Of a DNA stretch of 64,000 nucleotides, positions 1 through 12,919 are shown one piece after another (position 1 is the stretch's first letter; every line of letters begins with the position of its first letter). The notes below the pieces were generated by a model, which did not search any database, had not been told where the DNA came from, and saw only the letters and a list, made by a program, of their open reading frames with translations. Where the stretch lies: NCBI RefSeq assembly GCF_018977255.1, contig NW_024704742.1:37078001-37142000 (forward strand), read 5' to 3'. A program made the translations under genes and the position numbers. This DNA is from Callorhinchus milii (taxonomy: Eukaryota).

Positions 1-604
1 CTCAGCCCCCCTGCATCACCTCTCCCTCATGACCCACCCCCCCACCCATCCCCTGCATACTCCTTCGACTCTATCTCTCCCTCCTCCCTCACCATGACTG
101 TCCACAAACTCAAACCCACCACCTGCTCCCTCGATCTCATCCCCACCTCTCTCCTCATCTCCCAGTTCCAGCTTCTGGCCCCTCTCCTGTCCAATGTCAT
201 CAATCTCTCCTTGTCCACCGGTTCAGTTCCCAACCACCTAAACACAGCCGTCATCACCACCATCTTGAAAAAACCTTCCCTCCTCTCCAGCTACCACCCA
301 ATCTCTAACCTCCCCATTCCTCTCCAAGGTTATGGCGGGAGAGCCTTCAGCCACTCCGCCCTCAACCTCTGGAATTTCATCACCCAGTCGCTCTGCCTCG
401 CCCCCTCCTTAGCCTCCTTCAAGTCCCGCCTCAAGACCCTCCTCTTCGACCATGCCATCGGCCACCCCCCTTCCCCTCCCCTCCCTTCTCTCCACCCCGA
501 CTGCAGCTCGGGTCTGAAATGCTATACTCTGTCCAGCGCCTTGGGACGTCCTCCCGACGTAAAAGGCCCTATACAAATGTAATCTTGTTGTTGTTGTTCT
601 TGTT
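1..604 (+). mobile_element. L2 LINE fragment, internally deleted (pre-RT region joined to 3' end)
   Basis: ORF 94-582 reads KPTTCSLDLIPT...INLSLSTGSVP...YHPISNLP (region before the RT core), then GGRAFSHSALNLWN...FKSRLKTLLF (ORF2 C-terminus). Ends GGGACGTCCTCCCGACGT...(TTG)n. Confidence 0.9.
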
Positions 605-1204
605 ATTCTCCCATAGATACTGAAGGGCACATGAATAATAGTTGAAATGTTGCGAGAAAACATCCTGTCCCCATACTACAGGTTTTTTATATGACTCTGG
701 AAATATATTTCTGCCCGTGTTTTCACGTCTATTTGATTCAAGCCATTTTTATCACACACGCATTGGTTTGGAGTTAACCTGTTTCCAAATGCAGCTCCTT
801 CAGTTGCATGTGTGCAGAACTCTGAAATTGAGTGTGGTTCTATTTAACAGCTCCCAAACAATGCGATAAGGAATGAAAGCATAAATCACTCTGCTGCAGG
901 AAGCAACTTAGTTTCATTTCAACCTGTAAAAATAGGGCATTCATTGCAGTTCACTTTGTCAGTTGGTAGATCCAGCACGTCCTCAAGGTTTTGATTTGAT
1001 GTCAGTGTTCTTATTGCACCAACAATGTACATTCAAACTCGATTGAGGACAGTTGAGCCGAATCTGTAACAGTCTCCTGCAATATTTCTGTGGTGATGAA
1101 CAATGAAACAATGAATTATTGCATCCATTGCAATATATGAATGCCTATGTGGATAATTTCCATTGTTTCAAACTGGTAGTAACGTTTGAAAGAGGCAAGC
1201 AATA

Positions 1205-1462
1205 GATAGTGGTCAAAATACAGGAACCAGAACTAGAGAGGAGATGGGGAGAATATTTTTTACACAGAGTTATTACGGTCTGGAATGCATTGCCTAAAAG
1301 GGTGGTGGAAACAGATTCAATGATAGCTTTCAAAAAAGAATTTGCGAGGATATGGGGAAAGGGCAGGCGAGTGGGACTGATTGGGTAGCTCTTCCAAAGA
1401 GCCAAACAGGCACGATGGGATGAATGGCCTTCTTATGTGCTGTAATATTCTGTGATTCTATT
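1205..1462 (+). mobile_element. CR1 LINE 3' end
   Basis: TTTTTTACACAGAG...TGGAATGCATTGCC (FTQRV..WN.LP-type C-terminus), GATGGGATGAATGGCCT 3' motif and ATTCTGTGATTCTA terminal repeat. Confidence 0.85.
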
Positions 1463-2064
1463 CCTGGAATTGGGATTAAACAGCAATAGGGCGCTGATGA
1501 TTCACAGGCTAATTGAAAGACTCAGCCTCATTTATTTAGGATAATGTAGGAAACTATCCAGTATTAATTCATAACAGCCTGCAACAGATTTATGATACCC
1601 AATAACAATAGCTAATCCCATGATAAGGGACAAAAATTCTTAGTGTCTCTATGCATGTTGACAATGTTAGGAAATTGTGATGGAATAACGGGAGAGGTCT
1701 GAAACTTCCTACCATGTCTGAGATAATTTAGCACTTTTTCGTCAGCCTGGATTCAATTTTGTCCCACAGCGAAGTTGAAAATGTATGAGGAAAAAGCAAG
1801 TTTGACCCAAATTGAGATCAAAGTCAATTGAGAATGTTTTAGGGGAAGTCAGCTACACTTTCACCCTTGGTTGTTATCTAGCAATCTCCTGGCTACAATT
1901 TCACATGTTCAAGAGTTTGAAGCTTCCTTGTGATGAGCCCCCTGTTGACTGGCCTGCTAATGCACACTGGAATCTAATTTATATAAGGGCTAAGGGATTT
2001 TTCATTACAAAGACGTAGCTTTACAAAACAGCAACAAGATAATTATTTTAAAAAAGCCTCCCAT

Positions 2065-2290
2065 TACTTCAGCAGATCATCTTTAAGACCTCAGTCTGAC
2101 CTTTAAATCCCTTCACAGTCTCACCCCTTCCTACCTGTACAATCTCCTCCAACCCTATTCTTCCATCAATGTGCTCTGCTTTTCCTTATTCCCTCCATCC
2201 CACCTCCAGTGGCTGAATCTTCAGTGACAATCCTCCTGTTCTCTGCAATGCTCAAAATCTCTTTGTCTTGGACCTTCTCTCCTTTTACTA
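2065..2290 (+). mobile_element. Old degenerate L2 3' fragment
   Basis: ACCTTTAAATCCCTTCACAGTCTCACCCCTTCCTACCTG resembles the TFKALH.LAPSYL segment of better-preserved L2 copies in this window. Confidence 0.65.
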
Positions 2291-3035
2291 AAGATGTGTT
2301 GTTTCAACAGTAATTCTGCTCATTCGAAATCAGCTTTGAATTTCTCTCAGAAACATAACTCTTTGAATATGCATTTGGTCAACATCCATACGTTCTCCTT
2401 CCTCTCCCTGCTCCCTAGTGTTTCTCTAAAGTACTTCGATTTACTGCATGAAAGGCATAATATAAGTGCAAATTATTATATATTTGTTATACTGTGTAGT
2501 TGTCATTATATATATATATATATACATATATCCATGTGGACACTCAGCATTATTAAGCACTTTGAGACATTGTCCTGACATGAAAGGCACTGTATAAATG
2601 TAAATTGTATTCAATATTTAGTGATCAGCACAAAATACTCTCCTCCTCCTCCCCCCCTGTCTAGCCTAGAGCATAAAGCATTGTGGCAGGTGGATTGCTG
2701 TTCCTGGTGTGTTGCTGGATTTTTTTTTCTTGGTATCTCATTAGGACATATAAAAGCACAACAAGAGAAAAAAACATTCAAACCCATCAAACTCTTTTCT
2801 TCCACAGATCATGTGCCATCTGTCGAATCATTGGAGTCCATCAGAACCATTTCATCGCCTGAGGCAAGATTCAGGGAAAACAATTTACTTTTCAACAGTA
2901 AATCGAACGAAACTCCAGAAGTTAAAACACGATTCAATCCAATTAATGTAGTATTTCTGTTGCCAAGTTAAATAAGAACTGTATCAGATTCAGGAGAATT
3001 AGTGCCAAACACCGGGCATCAACTGCTAGTATTAC

Positions 3036-3360
3036 AATAACAATAATTTCCTTGCATTTGATATGCTTTGGGATATGCTTTGGCTTTACCAGCACTTTGA
3101 GACGTCCTCCCGACATGAAAGGCGCTCTACAAATATAATTTTGGTGTTGTTGTTGTTGATATTGCCTTTCACGTCAGGAGGAAGTCTCAAAGGACTTCAG
3201 TGAAATTTTTTGCTATAAAGTGTAATGACTGTGTATTTTATATGTAAACACATCAGCCAATTTTTGCACACAGAAAGGTCTCACAAACAGCCATGAATTG
3301 AATGATCAATTTATTTGGAAGATTGTTGACACTGAGAGAATCTCTCCTCACTTTCTTCCA
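3036..3360 (-). mobile_element. Deu-type SINE 3' part with a nested + strand L2 tail (3065-3155)
   Basis: SINE tail CCTTGCATTTGATAT is split by an L2 tail and resumes at TTGATATTGCCTTTCACGTC. TTGATAT is duplicated at 3058-3064 and 3156-3162. Confidence 0.8.
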
Positions 3361-4041
3361 CCAGAGGGAGTTCTACCATACCTCAAATAGCAAATTACAG
3401 TACTTTTAGTAAGATAGTCATTGCAGCTAATTGAAGTTAACACAAGCAAAGGACTGAATGTTTGCTCCTTTAATTTCATTGCAATTTATCTAGCAATCTT
3501 AATTTTTAACCCTGAGGGACAATTCACCAAGAACCTTTTATGCACAAAATTGTTTCTAACATTTCCGGATAATACTGCATTTCACAGAAAGTAGGATTCA
3601 TTTTTTTCCAAAAAAATCCAATAGTCATGATCATTCATTGAAGAAATACTGATAATTCTTAATTATAAATTCAGGCTTAATCTGGAATCTGTTTTCCACA
3701 GTACTTAAAAGCAACCAGCAACCAAATTAAAACTGAATTTAAGAGTATTCCACAATTCTGGGTTTTGTAAATTTTAGGCCTCCATTCTTTCACAAACCAT
3801 ATTCACCATCCCAGTCCAGGTTTCTGTAGCATGGGGAAAAAAATGATGTCCACATAGGTTTCCTTGAGTTAATTATAATAACAAATGAATTTGTTAACTC
3901 ATCTGGGTTGGGGAGCTCTTTTCAAAATAAGATAATGAATTTAAGTCATTTATTGTTGTCTATTACAGATGAAGAGAATGATTCTCAATACTACATGTGT
4001 CTGCCTTAAGTTCCTCAGTGAAGATTAAACCTGTAAACCCA

Positions 4042-4215
4042 TAATAATAATAATAATAAAAATAGTCCTTGCAATGATATAGTGCTTTTCACATCTTCTG
4101 GACTTCTCAAAGCGCTTCACAGAATATATTGTAAAGTGAATTGACTGTATATTTGTGGACAAAAAACGGCAGCCAATTGAGTACAGCAGTGTCCCACAAA
4201 CAGTCATAACAAACA
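4042..4215 (-). mobile_element. SINE 3' half, (ATT)n tail
   Basis: Reverse complement of the 3' half of the full-length copy at 19921-20253. Confidence 0.85.
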
Positions 4216-5369
4216 AACCCATGGCACTATCTCAGTCAATAACAGAACATATTGCTGCAGTGAGTCATGGAATCATATGAGATCCAGAGGTGACTCAACA
4301 AAAAAACAACACTAGACCAATTTTTTGAACTAACTTTTTGTTGGTTGTGCTCTGGACAATAAAATGATGTAGTTATTACTTTTGGAATTGATGCGGTAAT
4401 TCCGACTAACTGATAGAATTAGATTTTTGTTAAAATTATCACATCGTGTCACAGAATTAAAATAGCTATTCTGTGTCTCTACGCCACGTTCCGTTCTATT
4501 GTGGGTCGCGCCAGCTTCATGAATTAAATCAATTAAAACCCACAATGATGGCCAAAGAGATGCCAGTCACAGTGAGGGAAGATACAACAGGCCCATCACT
4601 GTGAGCTATAGAGTAGAAATTATATAAACGTATACAGCACCCTTCGTATTGGGAAAGCGTTTCAAAGTGCTTTACAAAGACAAAGACAGCTGGGGATAGG
4701 GTAGGAAAGTGCCAGTCATAGAGGCAGGTCTTCAGACAGGACTTGAGAGCAGAGACAGAACACCTTATATTATTAGAGCACATTATTATGTCAAAAAAAT
4801 TTAACCCACTTCACAGGCAAGTATTATTTAAGGTACACTTTCAGCCATTTTAGTTTTAGAAACGTTCGCCATTTCAAATGTTACTCTCCTGATCTCTATT
4901 AATCGTTGCTGAATTATTGCAATCTGCTCTACTGCTGATCAACACTTGATCTCCCACATTCCTCCTTTAAATCACAATGCACTTCAGCAGCAATCTGCAT
5001 TTTAATTGAAATTAATGAGTTTATTTGAACACTGCAGTGATAAAGGTTAATTACTTTCCCTTTATATGCCCATTGTCCTCTGTGATTGAGACATTGTTCG
5101 GTTTGGGCCATCAATGGCAAAAGAAATGTAATTTTCTTTGGATAATCTGGAATAATGATTGCTATCTTGAACAGGGTATATATAGTGTGTTGTATTCAGC
5201 TATAGAAATGACCGTACATGCCACCAATACATATTAGAAATAAACACAGAAAGGCTAGAAATTCACAGTTAACATCTGAAGAAGCAAAATAAGTTTGAGA
5301 CAGGTGAATGGGCCTTTAACAGATTGTAAAATGGGACAGTCTGTCCAAACATCAGTCAACCGTAGATCG

Positions 5370-5598
5370 CTTTAGAGCTTCAATATGTGCCACACACTGT
5401 TCCCACAGTCTCTCCACCTCGCCCCCTCCCTTGTTTCTTTCAAGACCCTCCTCTTCGACTGTGCCTTCGATCACCCTCCTATCCCTAACTTCCCCGCCTT
5501 CCACCCCTCCTGATCCCAACCACCAGCTTGGGTATGAATCCCCTGACTGTCCAGCGCCTTGGGCCATCCTCCTATACAAATGTAATTTGTTGTTGTTA
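5370..5598 (+). mobile_element. L2 3' fragment
   Basis: AAGACCCTCCTCTTCGAC...CCTGACTGTCCAGCGCCTTGGG...AAATGTAATTTGTTGTTGTT. Confidence 0.85.
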
Positions 5599-5664
5599 TA
5601 CAGTCTATGTAATTATATGCATTTGTCCAAAGTTTAATTATTATCCTCGGGGGGGGGGAGGTAA

Positions 5665-6450
5665 GATGACATACTTGGAAACGGAATGTGGAAATCCAGC
5701 CAGTCCTCTGTGGCAATCTTGGTAATCCAGTTCCTGCATTCCAGGGCACTACGGATGACAACACACTGGCTCATCGGCAGGACTTGAAAGGGTAGACCAG
5801 TCACTGGAGGTAGGGAATCAGCCCACTCAGCTCCTGTTAACCCTGATCCCCACCCCCCCACCCCTGCTTGGGTCCAAATCCCTGATTGTCCAGTGGCTTG
5901 GGACATCCTCCAATGTACAAATTTAATTTGGTATTGTATAATAATAACAACAATAATCCTCGCACTTGATATAATGCTTTTCACATCTTCCAGATGTTTC
6001 AAAGCGCTTCACAGAATATACTGTAAAGTGAATTGACTGTATATTTGTGGGCAAAACACGGCAGCCAATTGCGCACAGGAGTATTGTATTGCAAGCCAAA
6101 GCCCCAATGGAGAGGGTGGTCTTAGCTGGATAAGCAGTGGGAAAGCTTGACAGACAGCGATATCAATAGCAAGCTATACAGCTTTAGCTGGTCAGACTCT
6201 AGTAATACCCCAATGCACATTTTGGGGTCCCCAAGCCTTGGCTGTTGCCAACCTGAGCCTAATACTTTCCGGAATTAGGTGAGCAGGTTGCATCCCCCAG
6301 GGAGAGAGAGCGCATTCCATTCCAACAATCTATCTCTGGGATTTCCATGTGTAGGTGGGATGCACAGAATTCTCTGTTTGGCTTGGTGACTCTTAAGCAT
6401 GGTGATGGGTTTCTGCATGTGTCAGACACCTGCCTAAACCCCACCAAAAA
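5665..6450 (+). mobile_element. LF-SINE-like long repeat, interrupted at ~5843-6087 by an L2 tail (+) and a SINE 3' part (-)
   Basis: The two halves (…CTCCTGTTAACCCT | GCAAGCCAAAGCCCC…) are contiguous in the reverse complement of the copy at 24932-25470. Confidence 0.8.
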
Positions 6451-6784
6451 ATCATTCATTTTCTACTATAAACTCATTGGATTCCAATTGCAGTTGAAAA
6501 TTCAGCTCCCGTTCAAGATGCATATCAGCAATCTCTCCAATTTCCCCCAACATATTCCTGAGACACATCACGTTCAAGAAACGCAAGTGGTCAACTTATT
6601 TTTTTTTCTAATACCTATACAGCTTTTGCCTATTCATTATAATGGTAACACTATGTTTGACGTAGTTACCACCAATCCATTGGGACTTCCTCCCGACGTG
6701 AAAGGCGCTATCCAAATTAATCTTCTTGTTGTTGTTGTTCATATTTTAACTGAATCCAGATTGTCAAGGGCTTAAGCTCTTAGT

Positions 6785-7040
6785 TAGGGTGACCATATTT
6801 TGTACATCAAATCTGGGGACACATATAAAAATAATTGAACTCACCACAATTCCTGATGCTGCCAGTACCAGAGAAGCTTGTTGGATTCATGGCTGTATTT
6901 CTCTGATAAGTGTATCTGTTTTGGAACGTTACTGTTCTTGTTCAATTTGTTGCTGAACTCAAAACAGTGCAAATTTGGCCAGGGAAACAATAGGTCATCC
7001 AAGGACTGTCCCTGGAAATTGGGGAAATGTGGTCACTCTA
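6785..7040. mobile_element. hAT (Blackjack-like) MITE, ~256 bp
   Basis: TIRs TAGGGTGACCATATTT (6785-6800) and AAATGTGGTCACTCTA (7025-7040) match at 14/16. Subterminal GGGACA/TGTCCC motifs. No clear 8-bp TSD. Confidence 0.75.
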
Positions 7041-7389
7041 TTTTAGACCATTTAATAAGAATCAAATTCAAATAAATGTCCACCTTTATAATGGGATTCC
7101 ATTATAAGGCACTGAGTTCCTATTAATAGACATGGAGTCATCCACTGGTACCTCTTCCCAGTGATCATTCGTCATACATGATCTTAGATAGGCAGTGATC
7201 CAAACTATTCAACAATGAAAGTCAACACCATTATCTGATGATATTTTCAACTTAATTCTGCATTCACCTACTTTCGAGAAAAAAGTGACTGTATAGTTTT
7301 CAGGAGAAAAAACTCTAGCTGATGTTTTTCCACTCTACAAGAACAAATTGGATTTATATAGCGTCTTTCACATCAGGAGGACATCCCAA

Positions 7390-7555
7390 GTCCTGAAGTG
7401 GTGATGCCAGTGGCAGGCTCTTGCTAAACTTTGACTGAGGCTGAAGTCAGCTTTATCAGTACAGAGATCAAAACTAGATCCATTTTTGATATATGTGGCT
7501 CAGTAACACTATCAAACACGGTCATGCATTTACCAAATAAGCCATTGGAGAGAGT
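7390..7555 (-). mobile_element. Degenerate AmnSINE2-like SINE 5' part
   Basis: Loose similarity to the copies at 40490, 45200 and 62050 (TGAGTTAGCTGATCTCAGC-type motif). Confidence 0.45.
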
Positions 7556-7614
7556 TAATAATAATAATAATAATAATAATCCTTGCATTTGATATAGCGC
7601 TTTTCACATCTATG

Positions 7615-7965
7615 ATCAGGGCTCCCTCTTGCCTCCTAGTCCTCCTCGACCTCACTGCCGCCTTCGACACTGTCGACCACTCCATCGTCATACACCACCT
7701 CTCCGCTTTACTTAATCTTCACGGATCTGCCCTTGCCTGGATCAATTCCTATCTCTCTCACCGTCTCCCCTTCGTTGCCTCTAACGGTTTCTCCTCCAGC
7801 TCCCGCACTGTCACATCTGGCGTCCCCCAGGGTTCTGTCTCCTCTTTAATATCCGACCTCCCTCGGCATCCACTTCCAGCTCGGCTACTAAGTCAGGACT
7901 CTCAAGTACATTGAGACATTCTCCAGACATGAAGAGCACTATACAAAATTTAAATTTGTGTTGTA
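7615..7965 (+). mobile_element. L2 RT fragment plus tail
   Basis: LLVLLDLTAAFDTVDH and GVPQGS RT motifs in ORF 7612-7914, followed directly by an L2-type tail. A - strand SINE tail lies just upstream (7556-7611). Confidence 0.9.
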
Positions 7966-8164
7966 TTAGAACTAAGGGATCTTCTCCATCACTTGGATGT
8001 CTGATATGGACTCAGAAGAGAAGCAAGCTCCTCCTCAGATATGGTACCAACTTCAGCAAGACATGAAGCCAGTATTGCTGAATGGCAGGATTTGGTAGGT
8101 TATGCTCCATGTCCCGATCTCCCTCAGTCTCCCATTCCTGCTCCACCTTTCAAATAATGTGGAT

Positions 8165-8380
8165 GTCTCTGGTGTCCTTCAGATGAGACAATTAAACCAA
8201 GATCCAGTCTATGTTCAGGTGGAGGTTAAAGATTCCATGACTGATCCTATTTGAAAAGCAAAGAGGGTTACTCTGAGTGTCCTGGTGACAATCTCCCAGA
8301 TAAAATTGGTCATTCAATTCACAGTTGTTCATGGGAGATTGCCTTGGCCAAATTGTCTGCTGCATTTGCCTACAAACTGC
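8165..8380 (+). mobile_element. Deu-domain SINE fragment
   Basis: CTTCAGATGAGACAATTAAACCAAG...CAGGTGGAGGTTAAAGATTCCATG...GTGTCCTGG. Confidence 0.75.
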
Positions 8381-9854
8381 ACACTCTAGAGGGTGTTTTC
8401 TTACAATTAATTTCTGTTACAGATGCAGAATGTAACCGTCTGATACCAGTAACTATATTGTGGAGGCACATGTTGTGGTCAGTAACAGGGTCCAAGAATT
8501 TTCAAGGATTGGAAAGACGATGGAAAATGTATGTAATGATTTTAAGGAACGGTTCCAAAAAGTGGCTCCCCCAAAAATGTTAAACACTGGTACTGAATAC
8601 AATTAAGTACTTCTAAATACAATTATCATTGTTCTTCCACATGTTTCGGTTGTTGGCCAGTGCACTGTAGAAAAACAGACATGGGGTTAACATGATTTTG
8701 TAAACATCCTGTACTTTGCAATACTACAGTGCTGTGAATACCCTACTACTTTATGTTACTTTACAGAAAATTTCGCTTTAAGAATCCACCCATTGTGAAG
8801 GGCACAATATCAATAGTAAGGATTGATATTATTATATAACTTCGCAATAGTCATTGTAAATATGTTGAAAACCAGGAATGTTAGTAAATGATAAATGTAA
8901 TGAAAAAGCCAGAGAAGACTTGCCCTGAGAGCCTTTCAAGGATTGACAATCTTCTTGCTTCCTACATTTCATTAATTCTCACCCAAGGTACTAATTGCAT
9001 CATTCTGTTCAGAACTAGGCTGATATAACGGCCACTAGTCAAGGATTAAGGAGTATGCATAAAGTCACTTCTTTTGGGCAATCCACAATGACATACCATT
9101 AAAAGAAAAGGCTTTATCAATTAAGATTAAACAATAGAAAGAGACACAAATATAAGAGAACAGAGTTAAATGAGGGCAAAGAATGTCACCATGTTTCACC
9201 GCATGATTTAATCTGTTTGAATACAACCAGCACAGATTTTTTGCTGCAGTGACACAGCAGCAGTCTGGGAGCAGTGTATTGCTACATTTTTCTGCTGTTA
9301 TTAACCTGCAATATGTAATGCTGTAATCTCACCAGAAATTACAGCCACAAGAAATACAATCACGATACTCAATTGCTATAACAGTGAAGAAAAAATGAAC
9401 ACAAATTCTCTGTATTAAAAATAGTGCAGAGTAAACATTTGTAACGCATCATTAATCAATTATATAAAGAAGCAGCAAATCTAAAATGCAGGTTTGTGTG
9501 CACCGAGAGGCTGTTTAAAACGTGATAGAGCAAATGGTGCCATTTTGATCGGAACAGAGAGGAAACACAGGGTAGCAACACATTTTGGACTCTGAACAGT
9601 ATTGTTATTCATAGGAGACATAGAGGAGCTGAAGAAAATGTTTGCTGAGGGAAGGTTGAGAGTTACAAGGAGGGAGGGAGAGAATTGTTTGTGGAAGGCA
9701 AAATTTCTGAAACAGTCCGGATCAAAATCTGTGACATTTAGTACATGTAAGACATTTAGCACAGGGGCAAAGTTAACAGGCTGACAATGAATTGTCCAGG
9801 TAATCTGAGAATTTACTATAAACAGGAAAATTGTAATCAAGGTGAATTTTAATT

Positions 9855-10120
9855 ATAATAATAAATTATCTTTGCATTTGGTATGGCGTCTTTCACATCA
9901 GTAGGATGCCTCAAAATGAAGTGGATTGACTGTATTTATAGGCAAATGCAGCAGCCAATTACGCAAAGCAATATCCCCAAACATCCATGAAGTGAATGAC
10001 CAATTTTAATTGGAGATTGTTGGCCTGGTTGCAGGAAGAAACTGCCTTCTTTTTCCAAGTATTGTAATGGGATCTTTAATGTCCATCTGAACAGGCAGAC
10101 AGAACCTCGGTTTAACATTT
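9855..10120 (-). mobile_element. Deu-domain SINE fragment
   Basis: ATGGGATCTTTAATGTCCATCTGAACAGGCAGAC...CCTCGGTTTAACAT plus tail. Confidence 0.8.
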
Positions 10121-10259
10121 AACATTTATGGACAAAGTAATATCCAGTCGTAAGGTGAGCAAAACAGAAGACACGCTGAGGTGAAAGAAATATACTTGCT
10201 TAGGTATTCCACAAATACCCTATAAAGCAGCATACCAATTGTTAGCCAGGGGAAAGAAT

Positions 10260-10545
10260 AAATAATAATTCTTGCATTTGATATAACGCCTTTCATCACA
10301 GGGGCTTATCTCAAAATGCTTCAAACGATATATTGTGAAATGTAGTGGCAGTATTTTTGTAGGTCAATACTGCAGCCAATTTTCACAGAAATGTCCCACA
10401 ATCATAAATTAAATGATCAGTTTTATCTGGGGGACTGTTGGCCAGGACATTGGAAGAAGCTTCATTCTCTTTTCAAATAGTGCCATAGGATCTTTAATGT
10501 CCACCAGAATAGGCAAAAAGGACCTTAGTTTAATGCCTCATAACA
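10260..10545 (-). mobile_element. Deu-domain SINE fragment
   Basis: Same motifs as 9855-10120. Confidence 0.8.
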
Positions 10546-11259
10546 ACTTGCATTTATATAACTGTCTGACTTAGAGAGAAAAGTATTTATCAACTGCGCC
10601 AGTCTGACACCTAAATGAAACATCACTTCTGGGTAAAACACTGAGATATGAGTGATAATAATTAGATTTGATATGTTTAATGAGGAAGATAAGATCAGAA
10701 GAGACGCTCAAACGAAAAAGGCCCTGCAGCCCATTTGATTTATCCATCAAAAGTACTAGCTCATTGCAATCTTCCCATTACATCATCAATTTATTTCTTA
10801 AATGAGTCCATCATCTGGAATTCTGCTGCCCTTCCTGGTGATCATTCCAGCTGTTGTTTCCTTTCTATGTGTAAAGATTTGTTCCTGTGTCTATCCAAAA
10901 ATTGTGCTTTACATCCTTTTAGTGCCAAGATTGATAAGTGATCTTTGGAAGAGCAAATTCGGATATTTGAAACAAGAACTGGGAAAAATTAAATTGGAGA
11001 TAAATGATAAAACAAAATGGTTAGCATTTGGAGCAGACATAAACTGCGTTTGTTTTAAAGAGTATATTGCAGAAAACGTCAGTGCCTATCTCAACAATAA
11101 TCCAGATTAATATTGTTTGTTATCAAACAAAGTGCAGCAAATGAAAAATCTCCACAATGTGCATTTTCAATGTTATCACTGCTCAGAAGCCTAATCGTAA
11201 TTACTGTTTGGAGAGAGTTCTAATAACAAGAGATGTACAGTACTGGGGGCGAACTGCAT

Positions 11260-11560
11260 AGTTAAAGGTGCCATTGGATGAAAAATTAAACTGAGGGTCC
11301 ATCTGCCTGTTCGAGTAGATGTTAAAGATCCCATGATACTATTCAAAAAGAGAAGGGTGCTTTTTTCCAATATCCTTGCCAGCAATTCCTCAGGTTAAAT
11401 TTTATCATTCACTTTTTCGCTATTTCTGGGATAATGTGTGTGCAATTTGGTTGCTGTGTTTGCGAGCAATTTCGCTCTACACTTCGCAATAAAATCTTAT
11501 GAAGCTCTTTGAGACAATAATACAGAGCTAAATATAACATTGCAAAGACTATTATTTTTA
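11260..11560 (+). mobile_element. Deu-domain SINE fragment
   Basis: AGGTGCCATTGGATGA...GATGTTAAAGATCCCATGATACTATTCAAAAGAG. Confidence 0.75.
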
Positions 11561-12561
11561 ATGCTTCACCACTATCCTACTGTAGACTTTCGAGTTTTTT
11601 TTAAATTGTTATATGATATTGAGCTGAAGCTATGGCACCAAGTTTCAATCTCTGATTTAAGATTTGTGAGACTTAATAAAAATGCTGAGTGTAGATGATA
11701 TGGATATAACTAAAATATTAAGTTTAAACTGATTTTAGAGGACAAAAGTACAAAAGCACATTAATGAGCTTCAGCAAAGCCTAAAGAGATTTCCACAAGT
11801 AGCAATATTTTACAATAGATTCCAAGCAAAAACAGTTAATACTGTGTCAACTAACTGTTTTAAAAAGAGCTCGACAAATATGTGGTTAAGAATGGAATTA
11901 AATATTATCGGAACAAATATAGACAGAATTAATTAAGGACTCCATTGACCACAATGCTTCGTGTGCTATTGGGACCGTGCAAATGTTATCTGTGGAACAC
12001 AACTACCTGCAGTTAGGATTTATGTGCTAATGTTATATTCTTCTGCTTTTTAAATATTTTGAGATTGCCTTGGGGGAAATTAAAGAAATATTTCACAGAG
12101 CCTTATATTCTTGGAAGTTTTATCTGTTATGAGCTATGATGAAGTAGCTAAGTTAGCATGGCAGGACAGAGTGCAAGGAGGGAGGGAGCATGCTGATCTC
12201 TCATTCTATAGTTTCTTATGATGTTCCATATACAGTAGTTGTTATCGAATCGGAGGAAAGTGTCAAGTAGAGGCTGGAGGCTTCTTCATAGGAAGAGTGA
12301 GGAAATCAGAGGACAGTTCAATAAGGAACATGTCTGAGCATGGACCATTGCTCAGTTACAGAATGGTATTGCAGCAGCCTGGGAGCAGGGTCCCCTTGTC
12401 TGTCCATTTTATTGCAAGATGGCTTCATTGGAATGAGCCCTGGTTTGCTTAGCGCATTGTGGATCTACACCATAGCAAAAGCCATGATAATCAGCTTCCA
12501 GAGCTGACCAGCCACCTTCCCATATTAGCATATGGTTGACTTTTGAATCATCAGATCACCA

Positions 12562-12712
12562 CTGACATTACTTCCTGCATGTTGTGCACATATGCTATGT
12601 GTAGGAAGCATCAATAATGTCATATCCTGCACATGTGTTCAATGTGCATGAAGTACTGTGGTGGGTTTCGCTCACTGTGTACATATGCACAAGGCACAGA
12701 AAGTGATGTCAG
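12562..12712. repeat. Degenerate palindromic (MITE-like) element
   Basis: Inverted arms CTGACATTACTTCCTGCATGTTGTGCAC and ATGCACAAGGCACAGAAAGTGATGTCAG, with internal smaller palindromes. Confidence 0.55.
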
Positions 12713-12919
12713 CATCAACATAAAGTGGCCACTTTTTGGACTCCGTTTTAATGCAACATCTGAGATATTGGATCCACACAATAGCATTATAATAGAGTTG
12801 TCCTATAGTTAGAAAACATTATTTGGCTCAGGGACGTATATAGAAACTGGGTAAAATTTGGTCGAAATAGAATAATATGACATTTTACACGCACCAGGCT
12901 CTATTGAAAAAAAAGCTCT

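Noticed and set aside
2790..2971. Coding exon after CTCTTTTCTTCCACAG (DHVPSVESLESIR...)
   Set aside because: Good acceptor but no convincing donor or recognisable peptide.
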